DNA from: Pseudogymnoascus verrucosus
Taxonomy: Eukaryota
Direction: 5' to 3' (one strand)
Assembly: GCA_001662655.1 (NCBI GenBank)
Contig: KV460206.1
DNA: 64,000 nucleotides
Shown here: positions 52,501 to 64,000 of the stretch, piece after piece
Layout: every line of letters starts with the position of its first letter
Numbering within the stretch: position 1 is the stretch's first letter
Notes under the pieces: generated by a model
Seen by the model: only the letters and a program-made list of their open reading frames with translations
What the model was told of the DNA's origin: nothing
Database searches by the model: none
Position numbers and translations under genes: made by a program

Positions 52501-55500
52501 AGAGGGGCGGGTTGCATTATTTGGTATACTGTACTTTTGTAACTTCCTCGCTGTGGTCGCTGCGGAGGTCGCCTGCGCTTGGATGTTTGGACGAGTTGCG
52601 TGGTGTGTATAGTATAGTGTTACCAGACCGAACTCGTGGATGCGCTTTGTCTTAGTGTCAGATCATGGTGGCTGCTTGGCTTAGGCGCACGGCGGCCCGT
52701 TTGAAGAGAGGGCGGGCTGGACGAGGCCATGAATCCGGTTTGGCATTCTGAGTTCCCTTCCCGTGATACGAGTAATGTGCTACGGAGATGCCTCCTGTTT
52801 CTGCTTCCGCGCCCGCTCCCAACACGTGGAATGTGAACCGATACTGCTGCTCAACCAGCTCACTGGCCATGGAAATGAACTGCCGTTGGGCCTACAGTTT
52901 ATCCAGTTTGTCCACGTGCCCCGCCCTGTCTCGGGTCTCCTTTCTCTCGTTCTGCAAACCCGGCTCCGCGAGAGACATCCGTGGTGTTAGTGTCTGCTCC
53001 AGCGATCAGGGCACGACCCACCAGCCCGACAGCCTCACAATCGCGGCTCCACTGCCTCATCCACAGTGCCTGCTGTTACAGACAAGAGCGTACGAGTACC
53101 CTTCGTACCTTGTATAGCGCCTCAGGCCAACGCTTCTGGGCGACTTGGGGGAGAAACAGGCATGCGGAAAAGCTTGCGCAAATCCTCATATTATAAAGTG
53201 GAGAGTCCGACTGGCTAGCTTGGCAATGGATGGGGAGAGCTTGCCTGTTCCTGCTCAACCCCCTGTTGAATCCGGGAATGGCCAGTTCTTGCATACTGTG
53301 TCCTGGCAGACCACGTTGCCTTTTGCCGTTCGAAGTGGTAGTCCACCACGGCTGGATAAAGAAGGTCAGAGGGTTGTGTGTGTCTGTGTGTGCGTATGTG
53401 TGGTGGACGAAGCGCATCCATGGCTTGCTTGTCTCGTGAAGATTACGGTTCCACCTGTGTTTGCGGCACATCTGCATCATCGGCTGCGGATGCTTGCGTG
53501 GTGGGTAAGTTCTGTACTGTGCTGGCTGTTCCGTACTGTACTGTACTCCGTAATGGATGGCAGCGAAAGTTCTGCGGCAGGGGTTTGAGTGTTCTACCGG
53601 GCCCCCTCCCCCCCGTCTCCCCCCCCCTTCCCCTGTCCGTCGTGAGATTAGCAGGCTTCCATGCGTCTTCATCACCCATGTCGCGTTGCTTCCATGCATG
53701 AGAGACCCTTCGAAAGAGACCCTCCTACCTCCGAACCCTCCCAACGGAGAAAAGTGTACTATCTGTACTTTTGTAGTGTATGTAGGGTACATCCCATCCT
53801 AACTCTAGTAGGTTGTAGTCGTAGTCGTAGTCGTAGTCGCTGTCGTCGTAGGGTGCAGAGTACCACTTTACAACCGTGGGTAGGCACAGTACTCTGGTAA
53901 GGTAAGGTACCTTCCTCACACTAACCTTGCGTCGGCAAGGTACATAGTGGACGAACTGTAGCTAATTTCAGCGACCGAGATGAAATTTTGTCGGTTTTGT
54001 CGTGTGTTGAGATTGCGTTGAGGGTGTCTGTTCGCGTGTCAGAGGGTGCGCGTGTCCAGTACAGCCAGCTCTTCCAATATAGCCAACAATCGCCGAAGAG
54101 TACCCGCAAAGTGCTCAGTCAGTGCAGTGCAGTGCAGTGCCTTGTTTGGTCCCTTGATGTTTGTGCCGGCTGCCTATGCCTGTGTTTGCAAGTTTGACCC
54201 TTCGACCCATGAGGAAGGCAATCATGCGACTCATACCATCATCATACCATCATCGGTCGATCATATTCGGTCAGGATGAGCGATAGAGAGCGACAAGAAG
54301 GCAGGTGCTTGGAAGTTGGTGAAACGTGCTCGCTCTCCACTCAACGCGCTGGAGTGACTCTCAGGGCGCGCGGTTGCCTGGGGGACATTGGAAGGAAGGC
54401 AGGATGGATAGAGCAGGGATTTGATTTGACTGGATTTGATTTGAATTGAGGGTTTGAATTGGATGGCTGGGTTAGGAAGCTAATAATAATTCATGATATA
54501 GGGAATAAGGAGTTTCTGTTTGCTTCTTTCGCCACTTTAATAATAATAGGCCAATGAATATGTGATTATGTGTGATTATGTGTGATTTAGTTGTGATTTA
54601 TTTGAGTTAGGGAATAAAGTGAGCAGTCAGTCAGTGTGTTGAGAAGTGAGAGAGAGAGAGAGAGAGATGAGGGTGCAAGAGGATCGATGGGTACTTTACC
54701 CTGTACAGTAAAGTACAGTACAGCAGTAAAGTACAGTAAAGGTGATGAGATTTAGTGGTTTAGTGGTTTAGTGACAAACACGGTTAGCCCCGACGAACAG
54801 AACCCTTGGACGCCGCTTATGATACCCGATTCGTCGGAGTTCAGACTAGTCACTCTAGTGACTGCCCCTTTTGGGATTTCGGAGGGAGAAAAAGGTGATG
54901 AGAGGGAAGGGACGGGGTCTGTTTGTAGCGGAAGTACTAGGGGAGGATGCAGCTGTTCTGTCTGTGCTGTGATGAAGAGGTAGGGGATGGGACGGGGATA
55001 GAGAAGAAGAACAGGCGACGAGCAGGGCGAAAGAAAAAAGCAGGGCGTGGGATTAACTCGCAATCAGATTGCATTGCAAACAGACTGACTGACTGACTGA
55101 CTGACTGCCAGACTGCCAGCTCACAGAGGCAACTTTTCTCGTATTGTACTGCACAAACAGCCCGTAACGCCCATAGAAGCCCAAGGCAGACAGATCTAGA
55201 CCAGACCAGACAAGCCAGACACACAGACACCGAGAGAACAAATCATATAGAAGAAAGAAGAAACGCTCACGGTCACTCCTGCCAACTATAGCCAGAGTTC
55301 TAGGCACACCCCCCTTTTACCAAGAAGCTGTAACCAACCCACACCCACACCTAACACCCACACCCACACCAGCCTACCACTCCTCACACTCCCACACCTA
55401 TCCACACCCACCATGCCCACATCCACCACATCCACCACATCCACACCCACCCACTCCACCCACTCCCACTCCCACACCCACTTACCACACACCCACACCT

Positions 55501-57703
55501 ACACCCACTCCCACCAACCCTCCTGCACCCCTTCTTTACCATACCGCATCCCCGGAACCGACCGATCCCATTTCATTTGGCATTTAACATTGCTGCACGA
55601 TACAAAGAGTGTGTAGGCTGGTACATCCGCAAACATAGTAAAGTACACACCGTATCTCGTATATCTGTAGAGACACGATGTATTCTTTTCATTTCATAGC
55701 ATACTGCTGGTTATACAGTATAGTATAGTACACACAGATAGATTGAGTGCACATATTCATTTACTCTACTCTGCTCCGTTCTGTTCTGTTCTACTCTACC
55801 TGGCTAAACGGGCTGTACAGCGCTGCAAAGTAACTGACTCACACGACTCACTCACTCTACCTGCACCGCGCTCTGTCATATACCTCATCCATTTATGCTT
55901 CATCATCATATACCTCAACCATCTCACACTGAACCAACCAAACCAACCTAACTATAGAAACAAGAACCACACTACTCACCAAGGGGCTTCCCGGGGAGAT
56001 CGGGAACGCGGGAAAATGGAAAACAGCAAAAATATGACACAAAAATAAACAAAAAACCGACAGAAAACAAAATCCAGAAACTGTGATGCAATCAAGCTAA
56101 CTGTGAAACATTACCACGGCAGCCACAAACCAGGCACCACACAGGAACAGCACCACCAAAACACGAACGCCGCGGTGGTGCTCGGAACAAACCAAAAAAA
56201 GTGAGAGGCTATCGATGGGGGACAGGGGGGGAGGCGCCATCTTTGTGCAATGGGTGCACACAGGGGAGGAGAGGGCGATGGTGCCGCTGCTGTGCGATGT
56301 GTAACGCCCGCATAGTATGAGTGTGTGTCTGTGTACATTGCATACGAAGTTGCATACTGATGTTCTGTGTGCGGTATGCGTGCATAGTATGAGGATGCAT
56401 ACTGAGCGTACATACTGAGCATACACACACACATGCACATACTATGATGAGTATAATATGTAGAGTATAATATGTAGAGTATAAATATGTATGTATAGTG
56501 GTTGCATGTACCTCTAACGCGCACATACATATCTCACCTACCTTTTTCTTCGTCCTGTCGTATGTACATTACTACCGTAAATATGTACACTCCTACTACT
56601 ACTACTTCTACTACTACTACCACCACTAAACTACATACATGCTTGGACCCATCCCCCATCTAATCCCGTACCCGTACCCATACCCATACCTCTCTAACTC
56701 TCCTTGTCCCTTCTTCCCTACTGTATTATTCCCCTTCCCCTTCTCCTTCTCCTTCTTCTCCTTCTTCTTCCCTTACCCATCTTACCCATCCCCTAACCCC
56801 CTGTCCCCCTGTCCATCCTCCCCTACCCCCTGCCCCCCTGCCCCTTCCCTTCCCACCCCCCCCTCCCCCCCCCTAACCCCCGTCACCCATACCCGTACTC
56901 ATATCCACTCTCCCATACTCCATCACATCCCATACTACTAAATTATAAAGTACCACACTCTACAAACTAAACCAAAACTGTACCTTGTCCCATACCAACC
57001 CCATCCCCCATTCCCAACCCCTGGCAACAAAATCAAACTCTCACACTCATCCCAACTCATCTCTCCTCTACCTACTACCTACTCTCCCCTTTCATATATA
57101 ACACACTGCCACCCCTACGCACACTAATCTCGTTTTTTTATTTTATTTTATTTTGCATTCCTCCCCGTGTGCTCTTTCCTCTACATCCATCCATCTATCT
57201 ATCTATCTTTCGCTCTCTCTCTATCTCTCATCCTCAAAACTACAAGAAAGACAAAAACTGCAAGCCACGGTGCATATACACACACGTCAACATCCCAGCA
57301 ACAATTATTTCCACCTCTAAACCCAACACACCGCACCCAAACACCTCCTCCAACGCACCACCCTCTCCCGCTGGGCAAACTAGGCATTCTCGATACACAA
57401 ACAGCCCTTGTCACCACATACATCCGCCTCGCACATCAGAAAGAGCCAACAATCCACATATAACCCGCGCCGTCCGGCACCAAGCTTCCCACGAACACCA
57501 ACCCGCCAGCGTCACCGCTCCCAAGTTAGCCACCATTACCACCCCTACCTCACCACCACCCCGGACGCTCCACAGAGGCCCGCTTGAAACAACATCAGAG
57601 CCCAACGAACCGCGCTGCTGCTGCTGAAGTGCCAGCACTCCCCGCGTCCTGATCCCCCCTCCCCCGGGAGCTCTCCTTTCGTCCAAGCCGCCCTCTCTTC
57701 CTT

Positions 57704-57893
57704 GTGAGTAGTTCCTGGATTTTTATTAATAATCTCATGCCCTACCCCTCTCGTTCCTTCCTGCACGGAAAAAGCACACAAAAGAAATACAGCTTCACAC
57801 GAGAAATGCGAAGGAAAAAGAGACGCAGAAAGATACACACGCGATCACAAGCTTCAAAAGACCAAATAACTTACTTTTTTGTCTCTTACACAG
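57704..57893 (+). other. Putative 5'-UTR intron of an unannotated transcript
   Basis: GTGAGT donor, TAAC branch-like site, pyrimidine tract and ACACAG acceptor 21 nt before a CAACATG start. Confidence 0.55.
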
Positions 57894-57914
57894 ACTACAC
57901 GCACAAAACTCAAC

Positions 57915-58007
57915 ATGATCACCTCAGAGTTCCCCGACTTCAACATGGGCCGCGGCGCCTACGACACAACCGGCGTTGAGAAGCCCCCGAAGCCAAAGCC
58001 AAAATAA
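57915..58007 (+). CDS. Candidate micropeptide MITSEFPDFNMGRGAYDTTGVEKPPKPKPK (30 aa; 20 aa from the second ATG at 57945)
   Basis: Two in-frame ATGs both in TCAACATG context, strongly C/G-ending codons, and an upstream intron. No long ORF with coding character nearby. Confidence 0.55.
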   Translation: MITSEFPDFNMGRGAYDTTGVEKPPKPKPK

Positions 58008-61000
58008 ATACTTCACCCTCTCGACACCCACCACAACCCCCTCTCGAGGACGCCCGCGCGGGTCACAAGGAGGACGAGGAGGGGCATGGAACCCTTCTCT
58101 TCTGTTCCTGACGATCCCGCCGGGTGGCTGAACCACACCGATGAGCCGTGCCGGTGGCATGGGCTCGAAGATCGAATATACCGTCCGCTTTTATACTCTT
58201 AATAATTACAACCCCAGCGGAGGAGACTTAATAATACTGTCACATTATATCTGTACCACCAACACCACGACTGCAACGACACTACACCTACACCTACACA
58301 GGCGCGCACGCAGCCAGCCAAAAAGTCATACATCTATACTACACATCATCATCACCATCGTTTCTACCACACCGACACACCACATGGCGGCGCACCAATC
58401 GTTTTACACATCTTTATTTCATTTTCTTGTCAGTTTTCAAAGAAGCGCGAATTACACGAGAGAGAGGGGGAGAGGCACTCAAAATGCACAATCAACATCA
58501 AAAGTCGGGGAAATTTCACAGGCGTTTTTAAATTATAGACTGGGGTTACAATACTGGGAACAGGGCAGGGAATTTTTTGCGGGGGTTCAATATAGCGGTT
58601 GCGTTTTTCTCTATTTTAGCATGCATCCTTTTTTACATCGTTTTGGTTTACTTCTCTCGCGGGATTTTAGCAGCTTTGGTTTTTTTTTTCGCTTCTTGGT
58701 CTTCGGGGTTCGTTTTTTATATTTCTTGTTCGGTCACCAACGTCACCTTGGGGTCACTCGGGTGGGGGGGGGGGGGGGATGGGGAAGGGAGGGGGTTATC
58801 TGCTTTACCAAAATGTTATCATCGGGGCGGTCGGGTCGGTCGGTGGGGGCTTGGATAGGCAAAATAAACTGGGAGGATAGGATATGGGGTGTTGGCAGGA
58901 GGCAAATCGTTTTTTAAAGACTCCGTTTTTATCATTTTACTACTACTTTTAACTCATTTTTGGATAGATACCCGTCCGCGCTTTCTAGACAGAGCCCTTT
59001 TTTGTACGAGTTTTTATCTTTGGTCTTTTTTTGGTTTTGGTTTTTGAAAGAGACGTTTATTAGAACTGGGCATCGACAGCACCGAGACCGCAAGCCGCAA
59101 GGGAATGGGCAGAGGAGAAGGAGAGGGGGGATATATGGATAATTTTTAGAGAAAGGATATGGATAATTATTTTGATATACTTGATATACACCCCGTCATG
59201 CTCCCATCGTGACTCGACGCAACTCCCCCTGCTTCCGCAAATGTCTTGATGCGGATTCCTGCTTTGGCAGTGCATGAACTTCTTCTTCTCACCGTTCACA
59301 TAATTTTCGACAATTCTCATGAGTTTTACAAGATTTTGTGAATCGTTTGTGCGCTGGGCGCCATGACCGGATTGGTTACTCGACCCCGTTGGGCATCTGT
59401 ATTGGCTGTATGCGTTGGCTGCGGATGGGATTGGAGACATTTTGGGGGGGGGGGGATTTTATGACAGCAGTAGTGCAGTGCAGCGCATCGCAGTGCATCG
59501 TAGTGCATTACGGTGCATACTGTAGGAGCGCAGGTGTATGACGTGGTATGTTGTCGTATTTGCGCGCGGTATGTAGACACGGCAATGTTCATACCCGTCC
59601 GTTGGCTTCGTCATATTTGCTGTGGCCAGCGGTGGTGATGTGTGTGTGTTAAATGGCAGAACTACATGCAGGATGGAGATGTCTGGATTGCAGATTTGGG
59701 ATTGCGAAGGGAAAGGTGCATGTTAACTATTTGCGGAAATGCAGATTGCAGATGTAGATTCTGGATTGCGCAGTTCATGTACAAGCCGTCGTTTTTTCTA
59801 CAGTTGGGGAGATGATGGCAACCGACTGTAGAGTCTAGACTCTAGATGCTGGATGGATAGATGGATAGGTGGCGGTGTAAGTTATTTCCAAAACCGTAGA
59901 TTGCTTATCATGCCTGGGCGGCCATCATTTACGTGTCGTGTCGTCAGATGGATAGCGACGTTCTGTGGATATTGTCTCGCAATAGTGCAGGTCTGCAGAT
60001 TTTGGGACTCTGACTCTGACTCTGGATCACGAACATCTCATCTCATCTCATCGCGCATTTTGTGGATACAAAGAATCCATCCCCCATCCATCTCACCCAC
60101 ACCCACCTCTATTCTGTTACTACTGTAACTGCACCATACCTGTTCCTGAGCGGGTGGAAATCGCGATAACTCGCTTCACGCGGGAGACACCCAGCGGCGG
60201 ACCCACCGCGCCTGTACGAAAGCGGAGTCGGCGAGCTGGACCGGGGGGGTGGGATGATGCACGGCGTGAGTCAGGCCGGTTTTTTACGCTGTGCCGGGGG
60301 TTGGGGGATTATGAGAAGATGGAGATGGGAAGGGGGAAAATCGGGATTTGGATTTGGAGGCTGAGACACGGAATCGCGATGCGACGGGACGGGTGGGAGG
60401 ATGAATGGGATAGTTTCATGGGCAACAGGGCGGTAATCGATCACATTCATTTGCATTACATTTCTGTCATATTTTTGTTATGATGTGATGTGGCGCTGAG
60501 ACGGCAAGAGAGGTGTCTCGGTCGATAGGCTCAGCGCGGATGGGGCCGCAGATGTGGTTGGGAGGCGATGTCTCATTCTCATCTGATCTTTATCATATTT
60601 TTTCCTATGTGTGTGTGTGTTTCGGTTCGGGATGTGGGCTGGATGGGAGGTGTACGCCGTGTGTCGGGGGAGAGGTGAGATGGAACGCGGAGTGGCGAAG
60701 TGGAGTGAAGGGTTGGATAGGGTCTGAGGTGGGAATGTTGTTGTTGTTAGCTGAGGTTGTTGATGGGGTGTATAAATAAGGTTGGAAGTGATGGATGTGA
60801 TAGATGTGATGGAAGGTAAATTGTGAAAATGGGAGAAGGTGTTTTTGGCCACTCAGACATTCTTCATTCATGCTATCGTCGGGGAATCTTAAGCATGTCC
60901 CCCGACAGCTTACGGCGAGTGAATGGTGTCTCATCACTGTGGAATCTCCTCCTCTCCTCCTCTCCTGCTCTTCTTCAGGGTGATAATGAAAGGCGAGTAC

Positions 61001-61528
61001 TTACACTAATCAATATTTATCCGTTTGAACCCTTTTCTGTGTTGAAATTTCGCCTCGAGCTCAAGCCTCAAGAGATACACACACAGCCAGTATTCAAAAG
61101 AAAAGAAGGAGAAGAATCAGCAAATCTCGAGATGCACAGCGTTATTTATTTGCCAGAGCAGCGGTGCCAAGATCTTAAGCGGGTCTCGCCGCCCTGTCAG
61201 ATCGGGGAAATTGGGATCCGGGGTGGAGCTATTCGGCGTCCTAGTATGGACTAGTAAGATACCACGTGATAATATAAGAGACATTGCACGTGATGTGATT
61301 AGGTAATGCTGCTATTGTGAGTGGTGATGGTGGGGTACGACGACGTAGGCAGGCGGGACTGTGACAGGACGGAATAGCAGGAGCAGCTACAGCAACGTCA
61401 ACACAACTCGCCATCCATTCACCTCACCTCACCTCACCAACACAACTCTCAGGACCTTACCTGAACCACCACCAACCACACTTACACACAAATCCACCCA
61501 ACCTCGAATCCACCGCCACGACACCACC

Positions 61529-62240
61529 ATGTCGATAATCCAATCCCACACCTCCGCCTCCCTCACCGACCACTGGCGCACAATCGACATCGACGCCCTC
61601 GACCCCGAATCCTCGCGCAACTTCCCCATCGCCACCCTCGCCGCGCCGCCGAGTGGACCGAGAGCGCTTGATGCACAGAGCGTGAGGGGACTTTTGAGGG
61701 GAGGGGATGCGGAGGGGGCGCTGAGGGGGGCGGTGGGGAGTGGGGTTGATAAGGTGCGTTTGCTTTGCTTTTTGGGGGATGGGGGAGTGGGAATTGGAGG
61801 GGGTTAGACGGGGGAAAGGAAGGACATCGGCTAATGGTGAATAGGATGCGCAACTCCAGATCGTCATTGAGGTCCTCCAGTCTATCAAGGCTGCGGATAT
61901 GACGCCGCTTCTGCGCAGCGTGTATGCCTCTGAGGGTGGATCGGATGTGCTTGATTCGCTGATGAAGTACTTGTAAGTTCCTCCCCACTTCCTCCCAATT
62001 ACCTCTGTTGTTGTGCTGTCTGCAGGTCCGTTTTGTGGAAATGGCAGAGGGACACTGGTAGGGACACAAGCTGATGCAATGCGAAATAGGTACGCAGGAA
62101 TGGCAGCACCAACGCAGCAGCGACAGGGCGAGAGCAGCGGCGCGGCGATGAGCGTGCTTCTTAGCTGGCATGAGAAGGTCGTTGAGGTTGCGGGATTGGG
62201 GTGTGTGGGGAGGGTGATGACGGATCGGAGGACTACCTAG
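61529..62240 (+). CDS. ARC15: Arp2/3 complex subunit ARPC5 (p16-Arc)
   Basis: WRTIDIDALDP, LLRGGDAEGALR, DSLMKYLYAGM and VLLSWHEKVVEVAGLGCVGRVMTDRR motifs. Introns ~61754-61843 and ~61973-62089. Confidence 0.93.
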
Positions 62241-62499
62241 ATGGGACGCGCTGCTTGGGCTGGGCGAGATATGTGCTCTAAGATTGGGACGAGACGGGAC
62301 TTGGTGGGTGGGTTCTAAGGGCACTGTACATGCTGGGTGCTGAAGACGGGGGGGGTGCCTGAAGAGAAGGTACTAGGGAGAGATTCAAGCTGGGCGTCTA
62401 TGGAGCAGGCATCGGAGAAGCGTAGACAAAACAGACAGACAGGATGCCCAAAATCCAACTACAAAAACATTGTTCATACAAAATATCCTACAGCCCCCC

Positions 62500-63654
62500 T
62501 CAATTTATACTCCCCCCTCCCAAAATATCCTTCATATTCACCTCTCCTGTCCCCCTCTCCAACGGCTTCATCTGATCCGGACTCTCCTTCCACCCAATAA
62601 AAAAGATCACCCTAAAAGTTGCCGGTATCCCCTCCTTCCCGGGCTCCCCATACAACTCCTTATAAATCCCACTCGCCGCCGCCAACACCTCCCGTCCGAT
62701 CCCACCCATTTCCCTACCTAGCACCGCGTTACTCTCCCCCATCGCCTGCAGGTCTCTCATCAGCGCGAAGATATCGGGGAACTCGACGACGATATCTTCC
62801 ACATCCACTGTCAGGAGTTTGAACCCCGCTTTCGTCAACAGCCCGCCGATGTCCCGCACATCCGCCAATGGCGAAGTATGGGGCGCTACACCCCCGCGCC
62901 GTTCTTGCGATGCGAGCTGTAACGCAGTGCGCATCTCGAACAACGTGTCCCCCCCAAACATAGCAGCTATAATCGGCGCATCTGGTTTCAACGCGCGATT
63001 CACATGTGCCAGTAGCGCGGGGAGGTCATTAACCCAGTGCAGCGCCAGAGAAGAGAGGACGGCATCGAAAGTATCCGCTTCGTATGGTAGGGACTCGAGG
63101 GTGGGGAGGACGGTGCGGGTTATGGCTAATGGCGAGGGGAGGGGGAGTGCGTCGTCGCGGTGGAGAAGCGTGGGCGAGGTCTCGGCGCAGGTTAAGTGCC
63201 CGATGCGCTCGCTGGCGGGGGCTTCGGTGGGGGAGAGGGGCGTGGTGAGGGCGCGGGAGAGGTTGCATGCGTTGGCGCCGAGGTCGAGGATGTGGGGGAA
63301 GTCGCGGTTGATGTCCTGTTGCGGGGAGTGTTAGCTTGGGCGTGTTCTTCTAGTTTATTCTTGGCTGGGGAGAGGGGGAAGGGGACGAACGAGCAGGCGG
63401 TCAGCGAGACGGGTAGCGATCTCGTCGCGGAGGTAGTCGACTTCGCGGCTCTGTTCTGGCTTGGAAGCTGCGCGCTCTTTCTGGAGGTGCTTGACGTGCG
63501 AGTTGAAGACTTGGAGGGTTGGTGCGCCGGGGGCTTGAATGGCGTAGGTGCGTGTGCGTGGTGTGAATGGGGAGGAGATTCGGGTACAGGGGAGGGAGGA
63601 GGAGATGGCCGGCCGGCGGCACCGGAGGAGGGGGCGGAGGGCGAGGGGTCTCAT
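62500..63654 (-). CDS. Mitochondrial complex I assembly methyltransferase-fold protein (NDUFAF5 family)
   Basis: Presequence, DYLRDEIATRLADRLL|DINRDF, LHWVNDLP, FGGDTLFE, ERRGGVAPHTSP and LMRDLQAMGESNA. Intron ~63316-63389. Confidence 0.93.
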
Positions 63655-64000
63655 GCTCGGCGTTGTGGAGTGGTTTGCGTTGGTGGTGCTGACCGGAGAT
63701 AGCTATGCGATCGATTGACTTTCTGACAGGGATGGGATGTTGGAGCGGAGGATAGTATGGCCGAGTTCCGGGAGGTTAGGGACGGGAAGGCCGCTTTTAA
63801 GGCGTTTTTTTAAGGCTGCTGCTTTTAAGCTCGGCTTGGCTTGGCATAGGGGATTAAAATAGAAGCGATCTTTGGAAGGGGAAGGAGTCTAGAAGGGGGA
63901 AATGGGGAGGGGGAGAGACAATGATGGTATTTGAAGATTTTAAGCCATTTTTGAATTTATACTGTGCTTATACTGTCGATATTCACTGTATTTATATGTG

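Noticed and set aside
53076..53792. 238-aa minus-strand ORF and other 60-180 aa ORFs in 49.7-57.6 kb
   Set aside because: Microsatellite-derived translations, no recognisable domains, and mutually overlapping frames.
58141..58917. 258-aa ORF in the gene desert
   Set aside because: Low-complexity, UTR-like composition (T-runs, G-runs), no motif and no codon bias. More likely the 3' UTR of the sORF transcript.

Overview
Gene-dense, intron-containing filamentous ascomycete DNA. Short GT-AG introns carry CTRAC branch points. The style suggests a Leotiomycete such as Pseudogymnoascus, which is an unverified inference. I can support about 22 protein-coding genes. Most are housekeeping: a Zn2Cys6 TF, Cus2/HTATSF1, Mdm1/SNX, TRM8, HOM6, ERG13, an SR splicing factor, NDC80, PEX14, NAPE-PLD, PLPBP, AP-2 alpha, ARPC5 and NDUFAF5. 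An accessory-looking block at ~36.4-44.7 kb holds an intronless bacterial-type ureidoglycine aminohydrolase ending in a PTS1, an internally deleted kelch gene, a ferroportin and a GH2 beta-mannosidase. The most intriguing signal is a ~12 kb gene-free interval (49.5-61.5 kb). It contains an apparently spliced transcript whose only coding-like ORF is a 30-codon peptide (MITSEFPDFNMGRGAYDTTGVEKPPKPKPK), and that frame stays open for 65 more codons past its TAA. Other points of interest are a decoy/poison 3' splice site in the long intron of the SR gene, 6- and 7-nt micro-exons, and a complex ERG13 leader. Exon boundaries were derived by eye and no database searches were run.
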